IMG/VR virus record: IMGVR_UViG_3300008108_000006
Reading direction: 5' to 3' (one strand)
Length of the DNA stretch: 64,000 nt
Origin: a virus
Lineage: Duplodnaviria; Heunggongvirae; Uroviricota; Caudoviricetes
Numbering within the stretch: position 1 is the first letter of the stretch; the number at the start of each line of letters is the position of its first letter. The position numbers and the translations under genes are program-made. The notes beneath the pieces were generated by a model. The model had not been told where the DNA came from. It did no database searches and saw only the letters and a program-made list of their open reading frames with translations. Of this stretch, positions 29,392 through 39,668 are shown one piece after another.

Positions 29392-29706
29392 ATGCAAGTT
29401 AAAAGAACTATCGTAAGAACAAGTTTACCTGATCAACGTAGAACGTTGGTTACGGATTTAGAAGTATTCACAACAAATGGTGAAACCTTAGTCATCGCTA
29501 AGAATAATTGTAAAATCAAACTAAATTCACAATTAGGTGATTCCATAATTATTAAAGTATTAAATGGTGCCTTAATTATTCCTGATTTTGGTCGAATTGA
29601 CGAAGAATGGGATGAAATCGTTTTGGAAAAAGGTGCTTGTGTTGATTTTAGGTTCGTTGAAGGAAATTGGTACATTCTTTCTTCAGATGGATTGAAAACA
29701 GTTTAA
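29392..29706 (+). CDS. Hypothetical small beta-rich protein
   Basis: 104-aa ORF starting 1 nt after the neck gene; ends GNWYILSSDG. Confidence 0.6.
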   Translation: MQVKRTIVRTSLPDQRRTLVTDLEVFTTNGETLVIAKNNCKIKLNSQLGDSIIIKVLNGALIIPDFGRIDEEWDEIVLEKGACVDFRFVEGNWYILSSDGLKTV

Positions 29707-32489
29707 ATAAACTGTTCCCAATCTTCTGATGCGTTTTCATACATATAGTATGGATCCAATCCCCTCTTTTCCCAATATTTGAATTCATCCTGAGAGATGG
29801 TCAATACTTCCTCTAAGGAATCTTGGTCACCATCTTCTAATGGAAGACCGTTTACCAACTCACATTGTGTTGCGGTAAATAATCCTCTCTTTTCAGGTTC
29901 AGATACCAAAAGTTCGTTTCTTACTTCCTCACCAAAAACAACCATTAAAGGTTCCAAACGTTTGTTAAACGTCACAATCGCTCTCGGAACATTATAGTCA
30001 CCCAACAAGTTAGGATTGTTCTCAATATCAGCAGGGTCCAAACGATAACAGTTAATCTTAACCGTGGGATCAAAATATTGACCAGGATTGTTCACCTTAC
30101 CATAATCATTCATTTGATCTTCCATCTCCTTTTTAGCCTTGGCACTTGTTACTTTTTGAACATCCCCGTGAGACGCTTTGGTACCATTATTCACATAATA
30201 AATCACATCACCAAGATTAACAGAAATACCATCTTTCATAGCGAGTTCCATATGAGCCATTCTACTCATAGAGTTACCTGCTTTGGTGGTTGATGAACAT
30301 CTGATTTTGTAATCTTCCATACTTAGTTTCACCTTGGCTCTCTGAGCAATCTTAACAAGGGGAATTTGTTTGTTATAGATCTTATCAAGATACTCATAAT
30401 AATACTCAACAAATTCTTTACCCTCACCTTTAAGTAACATCTTAATACCTTTGTCCAAGAACTCTTCAATATATACCGGTAGTTTCTTTGATTTAATCGT
30501 ATTACCAACAAGTTTGATTTTACCTTTATCTGTGATAAGAGCATAGTTCTTTCTTGCGATGTTAATACACGAAGGCCAAACACCATCAGTATCCAACGCC
30601 ATCTCACCCCTCATAAATAAGTCATTGTATTCGGCAACATCTGCTTCAGCACCTGTGTATTCCTTACCCTCTTTTACCTTCCAATTGTTACCCTTACCAA
30701 TATATTTACGATCCTCAACATCATCGGGTGATGAAAAGTTTACACCATCGGTATCCATCACCAAGGGTTTATAACCTTTCTTCATAAAGAATTTAATCAT
30801 CTGTCTTAAATACTGACGACCTGTACAAGTGATCTGTTCCCCCATATACATATCACCCCAATGATATACTTGTGGTGCAGATAACGCCCCAAACATAGAA
30901 TTGATGAAGATCTTAATCGGAAGTTGTTTTCGGTCATAAGATAATGACTTTTTAGGATCCGACTTACTGAAGTCCTCGGCAAGTTGTTTGTATTTGATAC
31001 GAGTATCTCGGAAGTATTTTAACATCCCCTTCATCGCACCTGTAATATCACACTTAGGGAATACATCGTGAACCAACTGAATTGATGGATAAAGTGACGA
31101 AAAGTCAAGTTTCAATACATTCTTAGAATATCCCACAGTAATTAGTCGTGAAAGACCACCAACAAAATCAGTTTTACCTTGTTTCTCGGGAACTGCAAGA
31201 TTGTATTTGTATGACCACGCCAACATAATCATCTTCCATAATGTGGCGGTTCCCATTGTTGAAACCCTCTCATATGTTGTCGGTACCTGTGATGCCAACA
31301 AAAATGATCCTTGTGAAAATTCTTCATCCACTTTTAAGGTTTCTTCCAAGTCATCGTCAAGATACATCTCAACCAACTCTCTACCACTAATCTTCTTATA
31401 TACACCGGGGAACCTAACATCCAAGTCGTTGAATTGTGGATTATCGGCTTTCTTGTATTTACCGTTAGTTACATTTAACCAAAAATCTTCATTATCCCGA
31501 TAAAAAGGTCCGATGTCCAAGTGATCAATATATACACGATCAGGTGCCTCGGCTTCAATATATTGTGTAATATACTTAAGACCCGCACTTTTGATACTCG
31601 AGTTAATCGCTTGTGCTCTACGAACCGAATGGATAATATCAATCACATTATATCCCCACATTCCAACTTGGTTATACTTCTCAACTTCGTTGGCTAGTTT
31701 TAATAAGGATTCGTTTTGTTTAATTCTAACCTCGGGGTTTAATGTTTGGGCAATTTTCTTAATATCCAAACCAAGAATCCTTGTTCTTTCAAATATCCAA
31801 TACCAGTCAAAGTTCGCCGAATTATAACCACCGATAATACTTGGTCTTAGTTCGTTAATCACTCGGAAAAATTCAATAATTCCCGCACGTTCTTCATCAT
31901 CATTCGTACATTCAATAACACGACAATATCCTTTATTGGTTTTCATACCAATCATAAAAATACGACCATCCTTTGGTTCCAAAGAGGTCGTCTCCAAGTC
32001 AAATACAAATCTCGTAATCTCATCGTACTCCTCAAACCCTTTGAATAATCGTTTTTCTTTTGAGATCAGGAACTGCTCAACGGGTGGTAACACCATAATA
32101 AGATCTTTTGTGTTTTCACCCCAAGGATCAACCCCACCCTCTCTAAAAAATTGTATTAGGTTTCTATAACCCATTAAGGACCTCACCATAAAAGTAAGAC
32201 CTTTTTCTAATCTTTCATCACCATCTGTGCGAAGTTTGTCAATAACAATTTTATGTTTTGTCATCGCTTCTTTCTGTGCCGCTTTTGAGGACTTATAGAA
32301 ATTTAACCCCCTCAAATCACCAACCCAAGCAAATGGAATGAATGTGTCTTTTTTAATTTGTTTTCCGTGTAACGGATGCTCGATGATTTTCCAAATACAA
32401 TCTTTTGTGTAATCGTATTCAACACCGACGATGTATTTTTCAGGATCATTACCCTGTAAAAACTTTTCAATTTCGTTTTGATCAATCAT
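29703..32489 (-). CDS. polB: Family B DNA polymerase with a 3'-5' exonuclease domain
   Basis: Exo FDLETT, GYNSANFD; pol LDFSSLYPSI, KIFINSMFG, VMDTDG; probable start MIDQNE at 32489 (track uses 32513). Confidence 0.95.
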   Translation of the reverse strand: MIDQNEIEKFLQGNDPEKYIVGVEYDYTKDCIWKIIEHPLHGKQIKKDTFIPFAWVGDLRGLNFYKSSKAAQKEAMTKHKIVIDKLRTDGDERLEKGLTFMVRSLMGYRNLIQFFREGGVDPWGENTKDLIMVLPPVEQFLISKEKRLFKGFEEYDEITRFVFDLETTSLEPKDGRIFMIGMKTNKGYCRVIECTNDDEERAGIIEFFRVINELRPSIIGGYNSANFDWYWIFERTRILGLDIKKIAQTLNPEVRIKQNESLLKLANEVEKYNQVGMWGYNVIDIIHSVRRAQAINSSIKSAGLKYITQYIEAEAPDRVYIDHLDIGPFYRDNEDFWLNVTNGKYKKADNPQFNDLDVRFPGVYKKISGRELVEMYLDDDLEETLKVDEEFSQGSFLLASQVPTTYERVSTMGTATLWKMIMLAWSYKYNLAVPEKQGKTDFVGGLSRLITVGYSKNVLKLDFSSLYPSIQLVHDVFPKCDITGAMKGMLKYFRDTRIKYKQLAEDFSKSDPKKSLSYDRKQLPIKIFINSMFGALSAPQVYHWGDMYMGEQITCTGRQYLRQMIKFFMKKGYKPLVMDTDGVNFSSPDDVEDRKYIGKGNNWKVKEGKEYTGAEADVAEYNDLFMRGEMALDTDGVWPSCINIARKNYALITDKGKIKLVGNTIKSKKLPVYIEEFLDKGIKMLLKGEGKEFVEYYYEYLDKIYNKQIPLVKIAQRAKVKLSMEDYKIRCSSTTKAGNSMSRMAHMELAMKDGISVNLGDVIYYVNNGTKASHGDVQKVTSAKAKKEMEDQMNDYGKVNNPGQYFDPTVKINCYRLDPADIENNPNLLGDYNVPRAIVTFNKRLEPLMVVFGEEVRNELLVSEPEKRGLFTATQCELVNGLPLEDGDQDSLEEVLTISQDEFKYWEKRGLDPYYMYENASEDWEQFI

Positions 32490-32549
32490 AAAATATTTTT
32501 TTGTGTGGTACATTGGCTGCCGAACTCGCCGACATTAACCTTAACAACA

Positions 32550-32580
32550 CAAAGATACTTTATTAAAATGATAAAATCAA
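32550..32580 (-). promoter_or_regulatory. Bacteroidota-type housekeeping promoter upstream of polB
   Basis: Minus strand TTG-N20-TATCTTTG matches the known -33 TTTG / -7 TAnnTTTG consensus. Confidence 0.55.
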
Positions 32581-32957
32581 CAACAGGGACTTTCTAAAAT
32601 AAAACTATCAAGAATGTTAATAAACAACCTATCACGTATGGGGACTATAAGCCGACCATTAGTATTAACCACATTGAACTCACCTTCAAACCTACCCGGT
32701 TTGTTAGTGTCTTGTGACCTAAATTGGTAGTAAATATAATACTCAGGAAGGGCATTGGGGTCTAATTGTGTCTTTTCAACAATATACGCCGGTTTACCAA
32801 CTATTTTAGGTATCCCCGTTTCTAAGTTAGTCATAGAAAAAGTTATGGTAGAAGTTTCCAAACTTTCCATAAAAGACCTAAAATCACTTCTTCCATCATT
32901 AACCACTTGCATTTTAATAAGCGGTAACGTAGAAAATTTCTTAATATAAAAATCCAT
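32577..32957 (-). CDS. BppU-N-like small structural protein
   Basis: FYIKK..TLP...YYIYYQF...DT..PGRFEGEF...IVPI pattern; TATTTAT upstream at 32972-32978. Confidence 0.5.
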   Translation of the reverse strand: MDFYIKKFSTLPLIKMQVVNDGRSDFRSFMESLETSTITFSMTNLETGIPKIVGKPAYIVEKTQLDPNALPEYYIYYQFRSQDTNKPGRFEGEFNVVNTNGRLIVPIRDRLFINILDSFILESPCC

Positions 32958-33055
32958 TTAAAGTTTTTATTATAAATACTTAATAAAAGGAAAATAGTTT
33001 TTATTTATTATTAGTTATGGTGAAACTTTAACAATAAACGAGATATTTATATAAT

Positions 33056-33211
33056 ATGGCAAGACCAACAAAATTAGAAGAAGATAGAAAGGTTAAATTT
33101 GGAATAAGTTTAGACCGTGATTTATTTAACCGAATGGTTAAAGAAAAAATTAAAAAATCAACATTACTTAATAAATTATTAAAAGAGTATTATGCAAACA
33201 AAGATATGTAG
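33056..33211 (+). CDS. Small ribbon-helix-helix-like regulator
   Basis: Manual translation, 51 aa: MARPTKLEEDRKVKFGISLDRDLFNRMVKEKIKKSTLLNKLLKEYY...; overlaps the HNH start. Confidence 0.6.
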   Translation: MARPTKLEEDRKVKFGISLDRDLFNRMVKEKIKKSTLLNKLLKEYYANKDM

Positions 33212-33935
33212 TAAGTGTAAAGAAGAAAAAGAGGTTTGCGAATTTTACACGGATAAATCAAAAATAGATGGTTATTATAGTTCTTGTAAAGAGTGTAAAA
33301 TTATTTACACAAAAACAAGAGTGGATGAAAATAAAACATATTTAAAATTATGGAAAATAGATAATCCTAATTACCATAAAAAATTTCGTGAAAAAAACCC
33401 TAATTACGTTAAAGAATATTATAAATATAATAAAGAAGTTCTCTTAGAAAGAGTTAAAAAACATTATCACGAGAATAAAGAAAAAAATTTAGAAAAATTC
33501 AGAACTCTAAGTAAAAAATATTATTATAATAATAGAGAAACTCGTTTAGAGTATCGTAAAGAATATGATAAAAATAATCGAGAAAAACGTAATGAATATT
33601 TAAGTAATAAAAAAAAGATTGACCCAATTTATCGTTTATCTTGTATTGTAAGAAACAGAATATATTCTTTTCTTAAAAATAAAAATATCACAAAACAAAA
33701 TAAAACTTTTGATATTGTTGGTTGTTCTCCGGAGTTCTTAAAAGAATACTTAGAACAAAAATTTACAGAAAGAATGTCTTGGGAGTTAATGGGAAGAAAT
33801 ATTCATATTGACCATATCGTTCCGCTATCGTTCGCAAAAACTGAAGAGGAACTTTATAAACTTTGTCATTATACCAATCTCCAACCCCTATGGGCCGAAG
33901 ATAATTTGAGAAAGAGTAATAAAATATTAGTTTAA
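33192..33935 (+). CDS. HNH homing-type endonuclease with an N-terminal Zn finger
   Basis: CSKC...CKEC, basic helical repeats, HIDHIVP...HYTNLQPLWAEDNLRKSNK. Confidence 0.85.
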   Translation: MQTKICSKCKEEKEVCEFYTDKSKIDGYYSSCKECKIIYTKTRVDENKTYLKLWKIDNPNYHKKFREKNPNYVKEYYKYNKEVLLERVKKHYHENKEKNLEKFRTLSKKYYYNNRETRLEYRKEYDKNNREKRNEYLSNKKKIDPIYRLSCIVRNRIYSFLKNKNITKQNKTFDIVGCSPEFLKEYLEQKFTERMSWELMGRNIHIDHIVPLSFAKTEEELYKLCHYTNLQPLWAEDNLRKSNKILV

Positions 33936-35599
33936 TTCTCTCTCCTCAAATCAGATGAATAATGTTCAAATCTATCGTGTTCTGTTGGTGTCATTAATAA
34001 AAGACCCCCATTAATTTTACCTTTTTTGTGTTCTTGAAACATATAACTCATCCATGTTTGTTCATAAGGATGTACCCATTTTGTGTCCAAAAACATCTTT
34101 TTATTTCCCTCACGACTTACAACTTGTGGCCAATTACAATAATAAATTTCACCATCAACATAGGGAACACCATTTAATGACCTTATGTTATTAAATACTG
34201 TTTTTGGTGAGTTAGGATCGGTTCCAATTTCAGGTAACTTAGGATATTTCGGCCAAAAGGTTTCTCTAACTTGTTGTGGAACATTATACCACGACCATTG
34301 TGTTCCGTTATCCCCATAAAATTCCGTATAATTAATTTTCAAAAAATCATAATTTTCTTTTTCAATAATAAACATGGATTTATTATATAAATCATCCACA
34401 AATCTATTAAAACCGTTTTTACATACTTCACCTTTTTTAGGGTAAAAAAACATATCATCCTCAAAAAACCAATAATAATCTAATTCCGTTTCGTCAAAGT
34501 GTTCTGCAATCCACTGTCTTCCACCACAAATACCCAAATTATCTTTTTTAATGTGTTCAAATCCAAATTTTTCACAAAGTTCTTTATATCTTGGTGTTGT
34601 TGATAAATCACTTGAATTATCTAATAAAAACTTATTTGGTCTGTTAATAAAGTTAGAATCATATTGATTCATTGAATTAATCAACGTTTCAAATTGTTTT
34701 GGACTATTAAATGATATAACATATAAACCGGTTTTATCCGTATCATGTTTATGTTTTTTTTTGAAATTACAAATTGTGTATGTTTTATTCTTAATATCTT
34801 CACAAAACTTGGAAATCAAACCATTATATTCTATAGGAAAATAGTCAAATTTATTAGGATATTTATACATTAAGATACTAAATAGGGATTCTTCGGTTCC
34901 CATATATCCACCATTTAATGTTGTCATTAAAAGTTCGTAATATTTCCCATTAATTTCCGATATCGTATTTTTTGGACCACCAAACAACCCACCCCTTGCA
35001 ACAAATTTTACTTCTTCACCCGCAAGTTCATTTATTTTATTAAACTCAAATCCGTGTATCTCATTATTGGCATCATAAGGAAAAGCAACAAAAGTGAATT
35101 TGTTAATTATTTCACTTAAAGTGTTTTGTATTTTATCATGAGTAAAATACCCCCAATGAACCGTGTTTGTAATTCCCGCATCAATCCAAAATAATTGGTC
35201 AGAATCAAACTTATCCATTATGGTAGCATCATTCAATAAAAACATTTTTGACATAACCAAAGGATTATAATATTCTAAGGACGCTTGGGTTGAGTCTTTT
35301 AACCAACCCGATAAATTATACCACTCAGGATTATTCCTAATTTTTTGAATTAAGTCAAAATAGTCATTATTTTTGAACCACTCTAAATCACGTCTAATAA
35401 ATTGAGTATTATTAACATTCCTAACTTTAAAAACAACCTTTTCTAATTCTTCATCACCAAAAATAATCATATTATTTTCAACCCGTAAAAGGTCTTGAAA
35501 CTTATTAAGGTAATGCCCTTCATATGATCTTGACCAACCGTCGGTAAGATCCGATCTTTTTATATCCCATAAACCAGTAACAAAGGTTAATTTTTTCAT
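33932..35599 (-). CDS. Two-domain glycosyltransferase (HtrL/YibB-like + GT-A-like)
   Basis: LTFVTGLWDI, FWIDAG, GGLFGG, GTEES in the N-half; FFEDD in the C-half. Confidence 0.65.
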   Translation of the reverse strand: MKKLTFVTGLWDIKRSDLTDGWSRSYEGHYLNKFQDLLRVENNMIIFGDEELEKVVFKVRNVNNTQFIRRDLEWFKNNDYFDLIQKIRNNPEWYNLSGWLKDSTQASLEYYNPLVMSKMFLLNDATIMDKFDSDQLFWIDAGITNTVHWGYFTHDKIQNTLSEIINKFTFVAFPYDANNEIHGFEFNKINELAGEEVKFVARGGLFGGPKNTISEINGKYYELLMTTLNGGYMGTEESLFSILMYKYPNKFDYFPIEYNGLISKFCEDIKNKTYTICNFKKKHKHDTDKTGLYVISFNSPKQFETLINSMNQYDSNFINRPNKFLLDNSSDLSTTPRYKELCEKFGFEHIKKDNLGICGGRQWIAEHFDETELDYYWFFEDDMFFYPKKGEVCKNGFNRFVDDLYNKSMFIIEKENYDFLKINYTEFYGDNGTQWSWYNVPQQVRETFWPKYPKLPEIGTDPNSPKTVFNNIRSLNGVPYVDGEIYYCNWPQVVSREGNKKMFLDTKWVHPYEQTWMSYMFQEHKKGKINGGLLLMTPTEHDRFEHYSSDLRREN

Positions 35600-36483
35600 A
35601 AATTAAATTCTTCTAATATTTTATAAAATGACTTATTTTTACTTACGTGGTCTAAAATATCCAACCCCGGAACTCTTTCATTTTCATGCCACCATGTGTC
35701 AAAATATTTTACATTAAATAGGTTTTCATTATTTCTCCATATTAATGTTATAATATCTTCTTCATGATATAATCTTTTATCATGTTCAGTAACCATAATA
35801 AGATTTTCATCAAAAAGATCTATAAAATCTTTAACTTTTTCTTTTTTACCACCGAATAATCCACCAATAATGTGGTAGGATCTATTATAATTTACAAAAT
35901 GAACCGGATTAACAGTTCCCGACCAATAATTTCTATCATTTTCTTTACCTATCAAAAATATTTTATCATCAGTAAAATTTAATAAATTATTAAGTAATTT
36001 GTTATTAAAAATTGTACTCTCAAAATATTTTCTAAATATATCTCTAAACCCTTCGGACACTAAATATTTGTCAGGTATTAATCCACAATGTGACAAACCC
36101 GCATCTATCCAATATACATATTCATAGTTTTCATCAATATTCATTTTTAACCATTCAAACTTTGCATATTGTATATCAACACACCTGTCAGATGTTTTTA
36201 CCGACTCAAAATCTTTATATTTTCGAATAATCTCTGTTTTCTCAGTGTTACTTAAATCAAAAACTTCTATTTTAATTTTTTGGGGATCAACCTGTTCTTC
36301 AACATAAAAAAATTGTTTAAGATCATTAATTTCACGGTCCGAAGTATAACATATGAAATCCGCATCACTCATCTTTAGTAGTGATAATAAACTATATCTA
36401 TAATGACCTCTACGACTCTGTCTCCCTCCAAATTCAGTACCATATAAGTCACTATATATTGCTGTTATAAATTTTGTTTTCAT
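35596..36483 (-). CDS. HtrL/YibB-like glycosyltransferase
   Basis: KFITAIY, YWIDAGLSH, IIGGLFGG, HEE. Confidence 0.6.
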   Translation of the reverse strand: MKTKFITAIYSDLYGTEFGGRQSRRGHYRYSLLSLLKMSDADFICYTSDREINDLKQFFYVEEQVDPQKIKIEVFDLSNTEKTEIIRKYKDFESVKTSDRCVDIQYAKFEWLKMNIDENYEYVYWIDAGLSHCGLIPDKYLVSEGFRDIFRKYFESTIFNNKLLNNLLNFTDDKIFLIGKENDRNYWSGTVNPVHFVNYNRSYHIIGGLFGGKKEKVKDFIDLFDENLIMVTEHDKRLYHEEDIITLIWRNNENLFNVKYFDTWWHENERVPGLDILDHVSKNKSFYKILEEFNL

Positions 36484-37202
36484 ACTCTAATACTTTTAGC
36501 ATATCCCATATCATATAATTTTTGATCAATTTTATTGGTGGTATAAAGATTCCAATTATATGTGATTATATAATGTGGGTTATAAGCACTTTGATTTATA
36601 TCGGAAAAATCATTTATCTGAGTAACTATTGGTAGTGAGGATGAAACACATATAAAATTAGGATAAACCGATTTAACTAAGTAATAATCAATGGGTAATT
36701 GTTGGTGACTGTTATTTATGTATTTATCAGTATCCCAATTGATAATATATTCACAAACTTTTCTATTAAAAATAAATGCTGAGGTTCCAAAAACCTCCCT
36801 ATGTTTTACTTCATCTTTTGGTGGTAAGTTGGTGATATCAATTAAGTTGTCTGTTAAATTATTAACAGGTCTGTGTATTGATGGTGATAAATGAAAAAAA
36901 TCAAAATTAATTTTGTTTAATTCTAATTCACATTTTTCTAAATGTTCTTTAGCGTAAGGCATAAAAAAAATATCATCTTCTAAAATCATGAAATATTCAT
37001 CATCAGTTTCCATACAAATTTTTGCAATTTCTTGATATGATTTAGCACAACCAATATACGACGCAGTATCCACTGCACTAAATCTTTCAAAATTCCAACC
37101 CATCCATTCCATTTCTTTTTCAAAATGTTCCAATCGGTCGGTCCTTCTATCTAAATTAATAACGAATTTTTTGATTTTATTAAAATCAATTTTTGTTTTC
37201 AT
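36480..37202 (-). CDS. GT25-family glycosyltransferase
   Basis: FVINLDRRTDR, ERFSAVD, IGC..S, ILEDD, PIDY. Confidence 0.8.
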   Translation of the reverse strand: MKTKIDFNKIKKFVINLDRRTDRLEHFEKEMEWMGWNFERFSAVDTASYIGCAKSYQEIAKICMETDDEYFMILEDDIFFMPYAKEHLEKCELELNKINFDFFHLSPSIHRPVNNLTDNLIDITNLPPKDEVKHREVFGTSAFIFNRKVCEYIINWDTDKYINNSHQQLPIDYYLVKSVYPNFICVSSSLPIVTQINDFSDINQSAYNPHYIITYNWNLYTTNKIDQKLYDMGYAKSIRV

Positions 37203-37208
37203 ACCTTA

Positions 37209-38471
37209 TTATAAATTACCGGTTAATCTTTCACACCAACCTTTTGTGGTGCTATAAGGCCATACAACCCAATATTTTGGTTTATATGTGGTTTCAAAAG
37301 ATCTCCATATTTTACAATAACCGTCGGGATCTATAAAAAAACCATCAATCTCATTCTTATCAGCATCTTTTCTATAAATCGTATTATCGTTTTCATCGTG
37401 AAATGCAACTGCCCAAAATTCATAATCCTTTTCAGGAACACTTGAATATCCAACATCAATACAATGTCTAAAAATTTGGGCAAAACTATTTTTCCATTCC
37501 TCTTCGTTTTGAAAATTATAAGGGTTGGGTGGATACTGTTTATCTAAGGTATATTGTTGGACTGCACGTCTTTCAAATAAAAGTCCCGAGTATTTTTCAT
37601 AATCTTTCAAGGTTCTAACCGTTCCAAACCCATACTTCCCAAAATCAATATTTTGTTCTTCATTATCCATTCCAAACAAAACTCTGTTTTTTCTATGTGA
37701 ATGTGTATTTTTACTACCCCAATCCTTATCATCATCCCACTGTTTTGTTCTACCCTTTCTTGTGTATTCGTGCCAAACAACAACTTTGTGTGGGTGGAAT
37801 AAGTCATACCCGTGTGTATATGCTCTCGCGGCGATTGATATTTCTTCCCCGTGAAAATAATACTCGGGATCGTGTTGAACCTCTTCGGAAAACTCACCTA
37901 AAGTAAAACAAAAATGTGCCGAATAAAATCTTGCAGTTACAGGTTTTGTGAGATTTTGCCAATTAGGTATAGTCTCGGGTAAAAAGAAAACAGCACCCTC
38001 GGGAATAAACCTATCAAAAACCATTCTCCAAGGTTCTCTAACCCTACCATTAGGATCGTTTTCGGGGTCAAAAGATGAAACATATCCGGTAAGTAAAGGT
38101 TTTGGATACCCATCCTTTTGTAAATCTTTAATCATCCCAATTAAAGTGGTATCCCAACCTTTTTCAAACCTATGATGAGAATCTATCTGTAACGTATAAC
38201 CCTCACCATTATAAAGTTGTTGTATTTGGTTTCTAGCCCAACAAGCTCCTTTTGACTCTGAATGTGGAATGTCCAAGATTCTAAATCGTTTATCATCTCT
38301 ATATTGTTCCAAATTATCAAATTGATCGTCGGGATGATATTGTCTTGCAATACCAAACACAAGATTTTTTGGATTGTCCGAATTTTCAATAGCTGATATC
38401 ACAGTAGGTTCAAGTTGTGGATCTCTGTAAGACGCAATCTGTATGAAAATTTTATTATTCCTTTTCTTCAC
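37209..38471 (-). CDS. GT60-like (Skp1-hydroxyproline/polypeptide GlcNAc-transferase family) glycosyltransferase
   Basis: IFIQIASYRD, GACWAR, LQIDSHHRF..GWD, FHGEE, AYTHGYD, GTVRTL. Confidence 0.75.
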   Translation of the reverse strand: MKKRNNKIFIQIASYRDPQLEPTVISAIENSDNPKNLVFGIARQYHPDDQFDNLEQYRDDKRFRILDIPHSESKGACWARNQIQQLYNGEGYTLQIDSHHRFEKGWDTTLIGMIKDLQKDGYPKPLLTGYVSSFDPENDPNGRVREPWRMVFDRFIPEGAVFFLPETIPNWQNLTKPVTARFYSAHFCFTLGEFSEEVQHDPEYYFHGEEISIAARAYTHGYDLFHPHKVVVWHEYTRKGRTKQWDDDKDWGSKNTHSHRKNRVLFGMDNEEQNIDFGKYGFGTVRTLKDYEKYSGLLFERRAVQQYTLDKQYPPNPYNFQNEEEWKNSFAQIFRHCIDVGYSSVPEKDYEFWAVAFHDENDNTIYRKDADKNEIDGFFIDPDGYCKIWRSFETTYKPKYWVVWPYSTTKGWCERLTGNL

Positions 38472-38524
38472 TTTACTATTTTATGTAAAAAATAATAAAA
38501 TAAGAAGAATAATAAAATAGAAAC

Positions 38525-39667
38525 TTAATAATTTATCTCAAAAAATAAATTTTCAATCGTGACGATACTACTAGCAGAAAATGACCAATTTAATGTTATA
38601 TCATTTGTGCTAATATCGGGAACAGTTTTGCTTCTAATTGCCGTTGTTGAGTTTTGATTAACTGCCGTTCTTATTACAGGCCATGATACTAACGTTGTAT
38701 TGTCCTTAACTTTTATTTGGGTTGGGTATTGAAAAGTTGTGGATCCCGACTGAGGTCCCCATGTTAAGAATCCTGTTGGGTCAATATTGAAAGTATTACC
38801 GGTCGACAAACAAACTGAAATTGTTGTTGATGATGTTGCTGCGGTAAATAAAGTATATGTTTCAATAGTTGAACCAAGTTGTAATGTATTAGCGGGAATT
38901 GTTACCGTAACTACTGTTTGTGCATTAGGATTAACAGTTATACTACCTCTATTAGTGTAAAACGGTCTAACATTAGCACTAATTGATGTTGCTGTAATGG
39001 TAACCGCTGATATGGAATTACCTGTTATACCGTTAGTAACTTGTAATGAAGTTAGTGTTGTATCACCTGTTACTGTTAGTCCTGAATATGAAAAATTACC
39101 ATTAACCACTAAATCACCCGCAACTGTTGAATTTGAATTTATAGTTACGGGACTTGAAAATGTCGTTGATCCTGTAACATTTAATCCATTCTGTAGATTA
39201 GTAACGTTTGTATTTGTTAATTGTCCGGTAAGGTTTGTATTACCGGTAACCACTAAATCACCATTAATTGTTGTATTTCTCAAGGTGGTTGAACCAACAA
39301 TATTAGTGTTACCCGATATGTTAGTATTTCCGGTAACTATCAAATTATTGTTAATTGTTGTTAAACCGGATGTACTTAATGAATTTTGTATGTTAGTATT
39401 ACCAGTAATTACTACATTATTATTAAATATACTATTACCACTTACTACTAAATTAGAATTAATATTAATTGAATTACCTGTAGAATACAAATTACCTGTA
39501 TATACATCCCATCCAATTGATACTATCTCTTGAGAAGCTCCTGATAATGTTATTTTTTTTGTTACAGGGTTATTAGGACTTGTTGAAACATCCACAATTG
39601 GAAAAACATCATTACCTTCCGGTCTGTTTCCCTGTAAAGGTAATTCTGAAATTTTAATATTTGCCAT
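38525..39667 (-). CDS. Tail-fibre-like protein with beta-helix repeats
   Basis: N-terminal IKISELP...KKITL fibre-type motif; repeated (N/G)xLxVTG(N/D/S)T units. Confidence 0.65.
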   Translation of the reverse strand: MANIKISELPLQGNRPEGNDVFPIVDVSTSPNNPVTKKITLSGASQEIVSIGWDVYTGNLYSTGNSININSNLVVSGNSIFNNNVVITGNTNIQNSLSTSGLTTINNNLIVTGNTNISGNTNIVGSTTLRNTTINGDLVVTGNTNLTGQLTNTNVTNLQNGLNVTGSTTFSSPVTINSNSTVAGDLVVNGNFSYSGLTVTGDTTLTSLQVTNGITGNSISAVTITATSISANVRPFYTNRGSITVNPNAQTVVTVTIPANTLQLGSTIETYTLFTAATSSTTISVCLSTGNTFNIDPTGFLTWGPQSGSTTFQYPTQIKVKDNTTLVSWPVIRTAVNQNSTTAIRSKTVPDISTNDITLNWSFSASSIVTIENLFFEINY

Positions 39668-39668
39668 T

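Noticed and set aside
29703-32489. Intein or intron in DNA polymerase (the helicase was also checked)
   Set aside because: Motifs are normally spaced, with no intein splice signatures or frame breaks.
38997-39533. 178-aa plus-strand ORF
   Set aside because: It is an antisense shadow of the repetitive Thr/Asn-rich fibre gene, with mirror-image Val/Leu-rich composition.
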